From: Camelus dromedarius
Taxonomy: Eukaryota
Length of the DNA stretch: 64,000 bases
Assembly: GCF_036321535.1 (NCBI RefSeq)
Contig: NC_087436.1
Coordinates: 55,678,001-55,742,000 of the forward strand
Reading direction: 5' to 3'
The notes beneath the pieces were generated by a model that saw only the letters and a list, made by a program, of their open reading frames with translations, did no database searches and was not told the origin of the DNA. Positions 14,030 through 26,699 of the stretch are shown piece after piece. Position 1 is the stretch's first letter; the number at the start of each line of letters is the position of its first letter. A program made the position numbers and the translations under genes.

Positions 14030-14262
14030 AAATAAGAGAGTCAGAGGACCCAAGTTCAAGAAAAAGCTCTACTATTTAAAAATTCAACCTAAATTTCCTG
14101 AGCCTTGTTCTACAAATAAATAAATAAAATAAGAAGGTGATTATATCACCTGTTCTAACATTCTCACAAAGTTTTCGTGAAAACTGAATGAACTTAACTC
14201 ACAATACCTTATAAACTCTCAGTACTACATGATTTAGTTATAATCAGCATTGTTATTATCAT
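14030..14262 (+). mobile_element. MIR SINE
   Basis: gagtcagaggacccaagttcaa...tcctgagcctt...ctcacaaagttttcgtga...ttattatcat. Confidence 0.6.
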
Positions 14263-14835
14263 GCTCTCCCCATGCCAATCCTACCTTCTTTTTCCCCTTT
14301 ATGATAAATACTGTCTATGTGATTAAAAAAAAAGGACATACAGAAAAAAGCTTATGGATATATATATATGCATTTCTTTAGGAATGACAATGTTAGCACA
14401 GTCCAGTACGGTTTGCTTAAGTGAGGAGAGAAAAATTAATTTTTTTAATTGCAAGGAGTTTGGAAAATAATATATTATTCTGATCAGATAATCAGAAATT
14501 CTTTTTCAAGTCAACAGAGGATTAACTTGGAAAAAATCGAGACCACCAAAAAAGTGTCTAACAGAAGGCAGATATACATTATTCTGCTGTTCCTTTTTAT
14601 CTCATCCCTTCTCTCATAAATGTCAAATATTTTAAAGTACATTTCATGAATCAACTATATCATTTTCTAATCTGTTGGTTCCAGAGAAAATGACTGAAAT
14701 TTATCCTGTAGTAAACTGCTGAAACTGGAAATGCCCACTTCCTAATTATGTTTCCCTTCTAAGACAAAGCTGGCAAGTAACTTAGAATGCCTTCAGAATC
14801 TCTGATAAATCTAAAACGATCAGTTTATCTGTTTC

Positions 14836-15290
14836 TCTGTCAGTTTTTTGCTTCAATAATGCTGTATAACAAATCACCCCAAAACTCAGTGGCTTACAAC
14901 AAATTCTCATGTTTAGGGGTTTGCAGTTTGATAGCAATCTAACCCATCTAGACAGGGTAGGTTGGGTAGCTTTGGTTTAGGCTGAAGCTCAGTTCAGTTT
15001 GGCTCAACTGCAGTTCAGTTCAGCTCAGTTCCACATGTGCTTGTCTGAGTCTTAAATGAAGGGTAGTGGTTCCCTAGAGCCTGCTCTTCTTATGGTAGAT
15101 CACTGGAGCATAACAACCAAGCCGTACCAGACAAGCACATTTGAGAATGATGCTTGTGTCACCTTTGCCAATCCCCCCATTGGCCAAAGCAAGTCATGTG
15201 GCCAAGCCCAACATCAATGGAACAGGGAAGTACACTCTACAGTAGGAGAGGAAAAGACTGAACACTTGTCAAATGTAGTCAATGCTATCA
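14836..15290 (-). mobile_element. MLT1H/I-type MaLR solo LTR
   Basis: aataatgctgtataacaaatcaccccaaaactcagtggctta...cccattggccaaagcaagtcatgtggccaagccca...gggaagtacactc. Confidence 0.85.
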
Positions 15291-17568
15291 TGTCTTGGTT
15301 GCAAAACTTTTGCTCATATTTTGTGAAAATGATAACCCTTATAACTTTATACCAATTTGTAAATCATAAAATGGAGTCTTACTGTAACATATATATAGTG
15401 TCTATGTAAGGTCTATTTTGAACGCTAAGGAAACTTGATCCTAGCCCATAGGTAATAAAATAATTTTCCTATTAAAAAATGTTTCAGGATACAACAATAT
15501 TATTTTATATTCCATCAAGACTGTATATCCAGAAAATACCTGGATAGTTCTAACAGTTTGTATTATGTGTATATTGTTCTCAAGTACATGTGAAATTAAT
15601 GGTATATTCATATGGAATAAATGAAAAAAAATATCTTTCATTACACAGTACACAGTACACAGTTAGCCTGTGGGGTTGATTGTCACAAGAGGTCACTGAA
15701 TCAAATATTGTGGCTTGAATTTTGAAAGCTGTTGGAAAATTTTATGATGACTAATGGCATTCATTATTATTCACGTCAAGCTTCAGGTAATGAACTCTCC
15801 CACTTGAGGCTTCGACTGATCACCTCAGGGGTCAAATGGAACGGTCCCCTTTGTGTAGCCAAACAATAGACTATTCATTTGGGAACATCCATAAGCTTGA
15901 AACACAGAGAAAAACTAATATTAGAGAGCTCTAAAAGTCATATTATGTTTTAACTTTTCAGTGTGGTAAAGACAATCTTATACATCACTATCAAAACTGT
16001 TCTTCGTTATTATGTATTTACCCCAATTGGTTTTGACCACTCTGAAATGAAACAAGATTGAAATTCTAGCCATTTCTCAATTGTATATAAATAGATGATC
16101 TATTTTAAATTCAGAATTCCAAGCACAATCTTAAACTCTCAAAAAAATTTTTTTTTGTTTTCTTTAACAATTCATGCTGGTCTTATTCTAAGGGAGGGTC
16201 TCTATTCAAAAAAAGGCACAAAATAGAAGAATTAAAGAGACTGCTATTTTATCTTTTCCATTTTGCCTTTTGCCCCAGTAAATTCTCCACTCTCCAAGGA
16301 AATACAGGGAAAAGGCAAATGCTACTATGAATCTTCCAGGTTATGAATGCAACATCATTTCTCCACCTGCATGATGGAAGGAAAAGATAGAACTGGGTTA
16401 AGCAAGATAGAGATAACTTTCCATTTCCTTCTAAATTGATTTTTCACACTATTGTTTTTATTCTTTTTATTTTTGAAAGATTATATATTAGCAGAACAAC
16501 ATATACATTCACATTTTAAGATAAATAGAAAATGCACTCACAGGCCAAAATATACATATTTTGGGAAATTATCTGCTATTCTGAATTATTAAACCCTTAT
16601 TATCTACCTCAATCAAAGACAAAACATCTTCAAACCAGTTTCATTTTAGTAAAAATGTTCTTATGGGTTGAGAAGCAATTTCATCTTTTGTATGTAAATA
16701 GGAGAGGTACAATATATAAAATATTTCAAGTTATTTGAATCATTTATCATTATCAGCAATTCTGTGAAGAGAGAAAGGATACATGAATAGTTGGGAGGAT
16801 AAGGGTTTGAGGTAAATTAGGCAAGGAATAAGATGAATGACAGAAAGATGGATGAGGTCTCTAGTCTTAGGTGAAATACAAAATATAAAAGAGAGATAAA
16901 GTTAGGTCTTAAAAAACAAAGCTGACATATAGCTGAAAGTCTGTGGGGATTCACAAGTCTCTTCTCTGCTTAGAAATATGTAAGTGATGGTATATATGTG
17001 ATTATTTACTGTTCCTAATTTTTCAGATTTAGTTCAAAGACATTTACATTTTAAAACCTTGGTAGAAATGTATTTCTGGTTACATATTACAGTTGTTAAT
17101 TGAATTACTTTTATTTGATAATATAAGAATCTATTAGAAATATTAGTTAAATGTATTATATTTGTTTCCTAAATGTGGAAGGAAACATAGCACTCATAAT
17201 TCAAACATCTTTGGAATACAATAGATACTTGCAATTTCAACAGCTCTATTTTATTATCCAAGTGATCACTAAAGCCCATGGACTAAAGTAGCTTGTAATT
17301 TTTCTGAGAGATCGTTATTAAACACAAATGGGGTGTAGTGCAATCAGCACTTGAGTTGTCAAGGTGGGTGCAGCCAGCTGGTGCCAGTATGTCTGAGTGG
17401 TCATGGCTGGGCATGCCAAAGACTTTAGAGGTTTGTATCATAGCTGTCCTTTGCTGCAGAAGAGCCAATGACAGAAGCTGGACTACGAAGAAAGAACCTT
17501 CCCACCCTCAATCTATAGCCTGTGCTTCCTACCCACTACCTAATTAGGAGTCCAGGAAGAAGAATTTG

Positions 17569-17861
17569 TAGAAAACAGAAACAGACTCACAGACAGAGAA
17601 AGCAAACTTATGGTTACCAGGGGAGAAGGGGGTGGGAAGGGATAACCTGGGAGCTCAAGATTTGCAGATAAGAACTACTATATATAAAATAAACAAGTTT
17701 ATACTGTACAACATAGGGAACTATATTCAATATCTTATAGTAACCTATAATTAAAAATAATATGAAATGAATATATGTATGTATATGTATGACTGAAACA
17801 TTATGCTGTGCACCAGAAACTGACACAACATTGTAAACTGACTATATTTCAGCTAAAAAAA
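17569..17861 (+). mobile_element. Young 5'-truncated camelid-type L1 3'UTR with 12-bp TSD
   Basis: acagactcacagac...atggttaccagggg...ttatgctgtgcaccagaaactgacacaacattgtaaactgactata plus A tail. Perfect TSD AAGAAGAATTTG at 17557-17568 and 17862-17873. Confidence 0.92.
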
Positions 17862-18369
17862 AAGAAGAATTTGAAGAGACCCAGCTTCAGCATCACAGAA
17901 AGAGTATAGAAGGTGGAATTGGACATAGAAATAAATAATAGCACAAAAGCTTATTTTGTTTTTGTGAAGAGAAAAAGTGCATTTGCTAGTATTACAGATA
18001 TGGGAGGTAAATGCACGTAAAGAAGTAACAGTATTCAAAAATGTGCGGATATAATAATGTGTGCAGAGAGATATTACATAAAGTTTTGAATTTTTAATTA
18101 GTTTAAACAAAGTTTACTATCCCTGTTATATACTGGATTACTCTGAGCCTTTTGGAGAATCATGCTTTAGAGAATGACAACAATGCAGAAGTTACAAAAT
18201 CAACTCATTCTTCTTTGAATGATCAATATTAACTCTACCTTCCTTTTTAACCACTATTATTTTATATTAACAGAATAAAATATACTCATGATATTTTTGG
18301 CAAATTTCTATTTTTTTGTGATAGAAAGTAGAACATCACAATTTCAGTAGATTGAAATAACTTCTGATG

Positions 18370-18800
18370 CATAACAGATGCATTATTTTTTGACTGTTTT
18401 CTCCCATTATATTTTCTAATTGGTTACTGCTGTTACATGTGAAAATTATTGGGTTATGAATATTTATCTTGTATCTAGCCACTTTATTAAACTCTTTTAT
18501 TAACTCTGTTCTTTGAGAATGTCAAATAGAAAATCATATTGTCTATAAATAGTTAAAATTCTGTCTCCTTTAACAAAGTTATACCACTGCTTCTGCTTCA
18601 TAGTATTTAATTACAGCAACTACAAACATTGCTACTTTTTCTTATTATAAAAATGAGTCTTGAATTTAACTTTTAGACATTTTTACTACTATTGTTCTTA
18701 AAGTTTTAAAATTACTTCTCAAGCTCTGATTTGCTACCACATGAATAAGAAGTAATCTTTTGACATTTGGAAGTGATTATATTTTCCTTATGTACCTTGT
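18370..18800 (-). mobile_element. Old L1ME ORF2 (RT) fragment
   Basis: Antisense of atcttgtatctagccactttattaaactc...aatcatattgtctataaatag reads LFIDNMI, a decayed F/YADD motif. Confidence 0.6.
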
Positions 18801-18879
18801 TTTAGAGCTCCATAATTAAAAGAGTTTTTAAATATACAATATACTTTAAAACATACTCACTGGATATGACAGCTGTTAG

Positions 18880-19600
18880 TAGCTAAAAGGTACCTATTAT
18901 TGCACTAGATATTATGAGGAAAGAAATGATCTCACTAATAATAAAAAATTGTTGCTTTCAAGTAGTTTCCATTCCAATTGGTTAGGAAAGAGAACTGTCA
19001 CAGGGAGCCTGTGACAAGATGCTAAACAGCCATAATAGTTAAATATTTTTTGAGTGTTCATAATGTGGTCACTGAGTTTTACATGATTATTAATAATTCT
19101 TCACAATTATCCCTAGAGTTTGAAATTATGTTGTTAATGAATCTGACTGATGCCCTGAAGAGACTGAAATACTTGCCCGTCATACAGCTAATGATTAGCC
19201 CAGACTGGTGAAGAGCGTGGGCAGTCTGACCTGTAATCTCCTTAAACGTTGTGTTTTGCAGTCTTTGAGAACACAGAAAGGAGTGTTAATTACAATGATA
19301 ATGCGTCATGGAAATTTTATGGGATTTTTAAGGATGATGTGTTATTTTTAGAGGGGAGAACATTCCAGATAGCCCCTCTAATGGGAAAGTGGTATGAAGA
19401 ATTCAGGACTTAAGAGAAACAATGATTAGATTAGTCTGACTGAAGGAGAGGATTAATAAGGGAGAATTGTGAACTTGGACAAAGATTAAGGAAAATCATA
19501 AATGCTAATCTAAAGACTTTATTATTTACCAAAGAAATGGGGAACAATAGAGGAAATGGAACACTATGAAACAGTAACCACATGCAGAAGGCCTTCTAGA
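18880..19600 (-). mobile_element. L2 fragment interrupted by a MIR (~19035-19255)
   Basis: Antisense L2 motifs (ggggagaacattccagatag; gctaatctaaagactttta) flank an antisense MIR (tacttgcccgtcatacagctaa...gggcagtctgac). Confidence 0.55.
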
Positions 19601-20674
19601 TCTCTTTCAGCAGTGATGTTAGTAAAGGAAAGATATTTCAACCTAAGGAATTATCAAGGAAAAGAGATTCCAAGAAATCACAAGCAGCAGTGATTAAGAA
19701 TGAGAAAAAATGTGACATACAGAAACAAGCTATTTTGGATGTGGTGAATACTTTTTCTTTAAGCCTATTGCAGCCCCAAACCCGGCAGTCAGAGGAAACA
19801 AAGCCTCAGGTTCAAAAGTTCTGATGCAATTTCCATCTTCGGAATTCTGTCAAACTGAGCTGGAAATATTTTTATCGAAATCCTCCTAAGATTTCAGGTA
19901 GCCTCCAGCTATGCTGAACCACGTTTCACACTGTTTCAAAACTTCTATTCTTTTTGTGCCTGAAATATGGGTATGCCTTATCTTAAAACACATGTGTATG
20001 CACACATGCATACACACGCCACATGACAAAAAGCCTATAAAAAGAAAAGTTAACAGAAATCTCTAAGAAGATCAGAAAAGATTAGCTTCACATCCTGGTG
20101 TGGGGGCCTCATTCACACTTTATCTCACTAGTTTGTTCTTCCAAGAAATGACCTTAGAAACAGGAACATGTTATAAAGCTCTGTGCTAAAACACATTTTA
20201 ATTGACTTTCAAATTTAGGATGGCTCTGCTTTTAAACATTTTCAGATTTTTTTGTGTGTGTGTGTACCTTAAAGTATTGAAAGTCTAATGATTTTCAGCA
20301 GCTGGCACTTTATAGCTAGAAATTCCACCCTGCCTTATTTAGTCACATTTGTTATGAGTGGTAATAAAACTATTTATAATTGCAATTATAACAAAAGATT
20401 CCCTACTTCTATCAAAATTTTTAGTTGCCTCAATCCACATTTCCATGTGAAAAAGGACATTTGCATGATCAAATCTGAGAACCGTATTTTAGTCATTTTA
20501 CAAATGTTCACCAAGAGCAGTTTAAATATATGTGTTAAATGCAAAATATTTTTAGATGATGGTGTCGAAAATACATTGAGTGACTGATGCCAGAAAAAAT
20601 GTAACTTTATGAAAAATTTAATTTTCTGTGTATTTTAATCTACTTTGAATTTGTTTTAAGATATATTATTTGAG

Positions 20675-20850
20675 GCTTTATTGATGGAACTGTTCTATGT
20701 TTCTGCTATGTGATAGAGTTGCCACACATCACATATATTGACTATTTGATGTGGCTTGAGTAGCTGAGAAACTGAATTTTAAATTTTATTTAACTTTAAT
20801 AAAGTTAAGTTAACCTCATGAAGTTTGTGCTGCTGTGTTGAACAGTACTA
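20675..20850. mobile_element. MER3-like hAT-Charlie element
   Basis: gatggaactgttctatg...atgtggct...ctgagaaactgaattttaaattttatttaa...gtgttgaacagtac. Confidence 0.75.
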
Positions 20851-20979
20851 TCTAAAGTCTGCAAGTACTTGAAATATGTTAGTGTATATCAACCTTTCTG
20901 ACAAGTGTTGTTGCTTATGTATTTTTTGCTTTTTCAATCAATCAATAAATATAAAACACAGAGGAAATCTAGCATTATA

Positions 20980-21016
<37 letters not shown>

Positions 21017-21043
21017 CATATATATATACACACACACACACAC
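20980..21043. repeat. Compound (CA)n(TA)n(CA)n microsatellite
   Basis: Directly visible. Confidence 0.97.
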
Positions 21044-23314
21044 TTTCAAAGCTTAAAGCAATCAATGTAGTAAAAATCCATTGCTGCTGGATAAGAAGAG
21101 AATCTTAAGTGACCAGACGGTCACTATTAACAGGTCAGTTATTGTTTTTTTGTTTTTCCTGCATAGATGGATCTCTAGTAAATGTTTTGATTTGGGGAAT
21201 TTACACAAAAAGAAATTGTTTAATATTTACTAATGTATCAATATATTTCCATATGTTCCCTGTCACCTTAGAGCTTTAGAAATGAACCATTCTTCTCTTT
21301 TCTGACTAAAGTCTTTGAAAAGAGTCTCACTAAATTTTTTTTTTTTGTTGGTTAAATGCATGCCCTTCAAACACCCTTGCTCTTTGTGTCTTTGCAGCAT
21401 CTTAAATACATTCCCGAGACCTATTTCGTTTAGTAGCCCTACTTAATGTACAGTTATAGCTGTTACTGGTTGATACATGGCCCCACACAACAGAATAAAC
21501 AAATGGTAGCTGTCACACAAAATTATTCACCCTCTATCTTTCCAAGAAGACTTGCTTTTACAATGTTATTACTACCTATATCCCTTTTTTGTTTTTTGTT
21601 CCCCCTACTTCCATTGATTTTAGATGTGTTTTAGTGTTTCTCCCTCTCTAATGGATTACCTGTTTTATTTGAATATGTAGGTGGATATTTTTAAGTGAAT
21701 CAATAATGAAGTATTTGAGACCACAAGCCTCATCACCCTCCAAACGCTATTAGTATTAGACTCCCAAGGGCCAGCTGTGCAGTGAACCATGGTAATGAGG
21801 TTGATAGTTCATGAAGGAGCTGATGTGACAAATTGCCAACCTGCTGCAGAGACAGCCTCCCTAACCCTCCAGAAGGCCAATGTTATTCCAATTTTCATCC
21901 AGTTTTGTTCTCATTCTAAATGTGCCAGTGCTAACACAGTATTTAAATAGATACCCTCCCTCCCCACCCCCTACCGCATATACTCCGCTTGCAGAGAGCA
22001 CCCAGTGGCATGTACATTTATAATTCTCTTTTCAAATTGATGTGCTCTCAGGGTGAATTTAATCAGCATTTGTCATACATTTTAAAGTACAAAAGGATGT
22101 TTTATTTTTCATGCCTTATTTTGGAGGCACTTGTGCAAACAAGAATCTCCCTTCATTGATGTTCTGTATCCATAAGAACTTTTTAGATCTATTATTTACT
22201 CTCTTAATAGTCACACTAACTTACTTTTGTTATATTTTCTCATATTTGAATGAGCACCTTGCAGTATCTTTTTATTCATTTTTTTTCTTTTCCTGAGTTT
22301 GCAATCTGGAAAATAAAAACAAAACTCAACTTATTAAAAAATAAGTATTGCTCAAGTACTATTAAATCAGGTAAATTTCTTTGTAGTTTTTTAAAACTAA
22401 TTATTTACTTTTCTCTTTATAGCTTCACTTTATTTTAAAGTGTTTTTTTGTTTGTTTGTTTGGTTGGTTTTTTACAAAGATGCATTGTTAGCAAGCGGAC
22501 AATGAGTCATCTCCGACTTTCAGGGAGAATTTTAGCCAAAATTGCACTGGGTAGCTTGCCTTTTTATATGACATTTATAAGCATTTTAAACCAAAGTTTA
22601 CACTTCAGAGAATGGTTCCCAAAACACCACTGGCTTATCCTGCAGAGAGGTGGCTGGACATCATGTGCTCAGTTTCTGATAGTGAAAAAAACAGTGTTCT
22701 GAGAGGCAGAGGTGCCATTTTTTTCCCCTAATACCTAAGATGTATCTAAAATTTCTGTTTTGATTGGTGCTCTCCCAAGCCTAACTGAAAATAATTAAGA
22801 GTTGTTATAATTATTCCTCAGCCCCTGGGTTCAGACTTTGTGAAGAATACAGAACAAACATTTGTTTTCCAGCCTTAAGGTGTCCAATTCTCTAATCACT
22901 GCCTGAATCAGGCAACTCTGGCACATATATTTTGAGCCTATCTTGTTGTACCTTGCATTTAATTATGTAAAATACTGCAATTATTTTTATTCTATTTCTT
23001 AGGCACATGTTTTGTCTTCTTGTCTAAATTCCTTGAGGCTAAGGCAAACTTGATTCAGCCTTTTGTCAGACCTTGGCTGTAAGATTTCAGTCAATGCTGG
23101 TTAATTGTGTTCTGTATGTCATCAGTTGCCCTTATTATTCACTGGAAATCTCATCGTCTCGCAGGTTATTACCATGAGAAATCACTTTTTACTTTACATC
23201 ACTCAGAGGTTACAAACCAATAGTCCACTAACTAGATTTACCCGCTGGACTTGTTTTAATTGGTCAGCTAAGTGCTACTAAAACCTTAAAGCTTAAGTGC
23301 TTTTAGGTAGGATC

Positions 23315-25960
23315 CTTCCAGGTCTACTCAGCCTCTTCTGCTCCTTACTCTCACACTTTAGTAAACCACTGCTCAGCCAGAGAATGAATTCAATATATAT
23401 ATGTATCTCACTATGTTGTACACCAGAAATTAACACAACATTGGAAATCGACTGTGCTTCAATAAAAAAATAAATAATAAAAACAAAATGAGTGGATCTA
23501 GGTATATGATAACTTACCCTGGTGTCAAGAATTTCATCTCTGCCAGGATTAGACAACAGGCTTTTGTTTCTCAAAGAAAGTGTAATCCTCTCTTGTTGAT
23601 GGCATGGCCTTGTTTCTGATTCCTTAGGCAACTGCATAATGATTTTCTCCCTAGAATTTGTCATAAACTGCATACTGGGTCAAGTCCTCCCATTGACACC
23701 TCCAACCCCATAGGGTCTACTAGATAGAAGATAAGGTTCAAGCAGTAGGACTTATTGTACCTAACCTGGATTTACTACACTATGCTCCTGCTCCAGAAAG
23801 TTGGCAGCCGTCTGTGTCACCTGGCTTATAGGTTTATAGGTCTGGAAAGTGTTGCCTCAAGATCCCCAAATGGCTACCAAACAATGCTCTGCTTTCTCTG
23901 TGGTCAGGGATGCAAGATGCAGCCATTTGTTACCTTGGAGGAGATATCCCATATGCCCCTGACCACTTGACCCCTAAAAATGTCACTGAATTGGCCAGCT
24001 ACTGAATCTTTGTAGGATTTACATCCAGCCATCTGGAGCACATGTATCTCACTAATGTTTCCAGTATGGTAGCCACTTCTTACTTATCCTTTTCAGTCAG
24101 CATCACATTGTCAAGGTAATGGATAAGAATGCTGTTCTACAAGATGTCCAGATCACTCAGATCTCACTGTATCATACAATGACAGAAGGCAGGGAAGCTA
24201 ACCTGACGTCAAATTTTAAAGAATACTTTTCTATGCCCATGTGAAAGCAAACTGTTCCTAAACCTCCTTTCTAATTGGAATGAAACAGAATGACTGAGGT
24301 TTTATTAATTTACTCTAGTAGTAATACCATGTCCAACACAGCAGCTGTGACTGGGGCTGCGACCTGGCTCTACCTGAGATGTGGTCTGTAGTCATTCTCT
24401 AGGATACCTTTGATTTCTTCAGAAGCCAGAATTAAACAGATATGGTAACATCCACCACCCCCTACATGTTTGATGTCTTCAACAGTGGCACCAATCTCCA
24501 CTATTTCTCCAGGGATGTGGTATCAGTTTTGATTTACTATCCTGAGTGTCAGGCAAGCAGAGGAGGGTACTTTTCAGAAGTTTCTACTTGGCCTTCACCA
24601 CTGTTAGTTCTTATTCTACAGATGAAAGACCCAATGTAGGAGTTGTTTCAACTGCCAATTATGCAAACAGTGACTGGGAGATTGATCATCCAATGTGTCT
24701 GGGGCAGGTAGGCCCACTGGGGGCCAGACTTTAGCCAGGACCCCCTTATTACCTGACTGCTAAAGCTCCCCGCAATGACAAGGAGACTATGATGAGGCTT
24801 GGGTCTTAAAGTATCAGTGTCAACCCAGACCCTATGTCCAATAGTCTTCAAAATGTCTGGTTATTTCCTGTTTGCAATGTACAGTAGCCTGAGTAAATGG
24901 CTCCTTTTGGAAGGACTGGATGAATCATGACAATATATATTTGTCATGGTGTTTCAGGGTCCCTCCTCCTAGAGAAGTAGCCATCTCTTCAACCAGTGGA
25001 TCTTGGTTCTGAAAATTGGCTCAGATCTTGGAACTGAGCAAAGGATAGTGACTTTTTCTTTGGTTGACCATTTTTATTCTCCTGCTTCAACATTCTTGAT
25101 TCATTTTGATGTTACAGATTTTAAGCAGCAATTTAACCCCTTTTGGTCACCCATCTGTTTTACTTCCAAGGATCCCATACTCTATTATCCACCTCTAAAA
25201 CTTCCTACAACTTCTTATTGACCTTCCAAAAGGGCAATCTCTATTGTCTTCTCCTCCTACCTTGCCCATATTATGGTAACTGCAGGATCCTAGATTCTAG
25301 TGATTAAGCACTGCCATTTGGCCTCTGTGACTTCTGCACGGTCCTTCATCCCCAAAGACGTTCATGAGCTCAGTTGTATGAATGCCTCTCCTACCCTCAT
25401 GCCTGGCCTATAGAGAACAGCCATCATTGAACTTCTTAATGATGTTGGTGGGGTGCCCCAACTCATCACCACATTCTTGATGGGTCCTCTCATGGAGCAC
25501 ACTCCTCTAGGGGATCTTCTGGCTTCATCTAATATAACTGACTGAACCTAATAAGTAAGCATTACCACTTACTTCCCTCAGCCTTTATTTTCCTCCCTTT
25601 AGGCTCTGCTAGGGAAACTCAGGCACCACTGTTTCACTGAGAGTTGGCCATTACTTATCCCAGGTTTCCAAGAGCCACCCAGCAGTGAATTTAACCTGTC
25701 CCCTGAAGTTTTTGTCAGGGTGTTAAATCCCCTGTCAGAGAAAGCGTCCCCAAGTCAATGAATTTTGCTTTCCAGACTATCATTCTATCAAGTCTTTTGA
25801 TCAAGCACTCTTAACATCCAGTTTCAGAGTACTTTCCTGGCTCCTGTTGGTACCTGCCAGCTAGTAATTATAATTCTACAGATGTATAGTCTCTTTTCTC
25901 CTTTATCAATGCCAACATGTCACCAGTTGTGTTGAGATGGGATTTGATCCTGTCTATCAA
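23315..25960 (-). mobile_element. Decayed ERVL-class internal sequence (3' gag, pro, RT, start of RNase H; ERV3-16A3/HERV16/ERVL-E-like)
   Basis: Manual minus-strand translation, with many stops and frameshifts, is colinear with ERVL Gag-Pol as recalled. Gag: YQQEPGKY..WMLRVLDQ, KFIDLGTLS, WLLETWDK*WPTLSE. Protease: NNQTF*RLLDIGSGLTLI (LLDIGS at 24827-24844). RT: S*RMTTDH, QVAAPVTAAVLDMVLLLE, FIPIRKEV*EQFAFTW, IHYLDNVML (YLDN at 24107-24118), VNPTKIQ*LANSVTFLGVKW. Confidence 0.9.
23390..23486 (+). mobile_element. Short cetartiodactyl/camelid L1 3' tip inserted in ERVL pol
   Basis: cactatgttgtacaccagaaattaacacaacattggaaatcgactgtgcttcaataaaaaa plus A-rich tail. Possible short TSD agaatga/aaaatga. 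Confidence 0.85.
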
Positions 25961-26494
25961 AACAAGAGAACGCTGTCTAAGCAGGAAAATACAGTGAGAA
26001 CAATGCTGACCAAGACAGTAGAGTTGGCCAGTTACCACGAGGTTGTGTTGATGCTCTGCAAGGAAAAGGAGACAATGAGAGTTTCTAACTAGCAGTTAAC
26101 TGTTAAGTTTGAAAAGCAGAAAGCCCACGTGGTAGCTTATAAAGAGACCTTCATCACCTTAGTCGAAAGGTGGACGTAATGAAAGGTGGCCTGACGGTCT
26201 AATTTTGAGAGCTTCAAAGCTCCGCAGATGAAATCTCAACCAAAGCAGGTCTCTATCCTGCTAGGAAAAACCCTGGAATCCTGGAAATAGGAATGGACAC
26301 ATCTGGCAGGATGCACCTGAGGATGTTGACTCTACAGTCCCTCTGGATCCCTGTGCCTACAGAGGTATTTTAATAAGAACTAGCACACACACTGTGGTGG
26401 ACAGTATGGCAGAAGCTTCTTCTGCACAAAGCAACAGGTGCTCCCATTAGAAACTTCCCACCTCCTCTGCCAGCTGCCATATTGATAAACAGGA
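25961..26494 (+). mobile_element. ERVL 5' gag segment, inverted relative to the adjacent gag-pol
   Basis: Plus-strand translation (frameshifted): DQDSRVGQL..CVDALQ, QLTVKFEKQKAHVVAYKETFI, MKSQPKQVS, WNPGNRNGHIWQD (26274-26312; cf. ERVL WDPETWNGDIWED), ending PPLPAAILINR. Confidence 0.8.
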
Positions 26495-26699
26495 ATTTTT
26501 TTCCCAGTTTCTAATAGATAGAGATATTTATTTGGTTTTGAGAAGAACTATGTCTTCTTAGTTTCCTCTTGTCATATTTTATGTATTTCTTTATGTCTTT
26601 ATTGTAGACATGAAGTCTGACACTGTTGTAACCAGAAATCATTCACTCCCATCAAATGAAAATAATGCCCTAAGTTCCCACGGTGTTGACTCTACTAAT

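Noticed and set aside
14985..15032. (CAGTT/CAGCT)n pentamers resembling a ruminant Bov-A/BovB tail
   Set aside because: Lies inside an MLT1 LTR with no Bov-A body. Local slippage.
23315..26494. ERVL as a domesticated (Fv1-like) gag or pol gene
   Set aside because: Numerous stops and frameshifts, altered protease (DIG) and RT (YLDN) motifs, and gag broken by an inversion.
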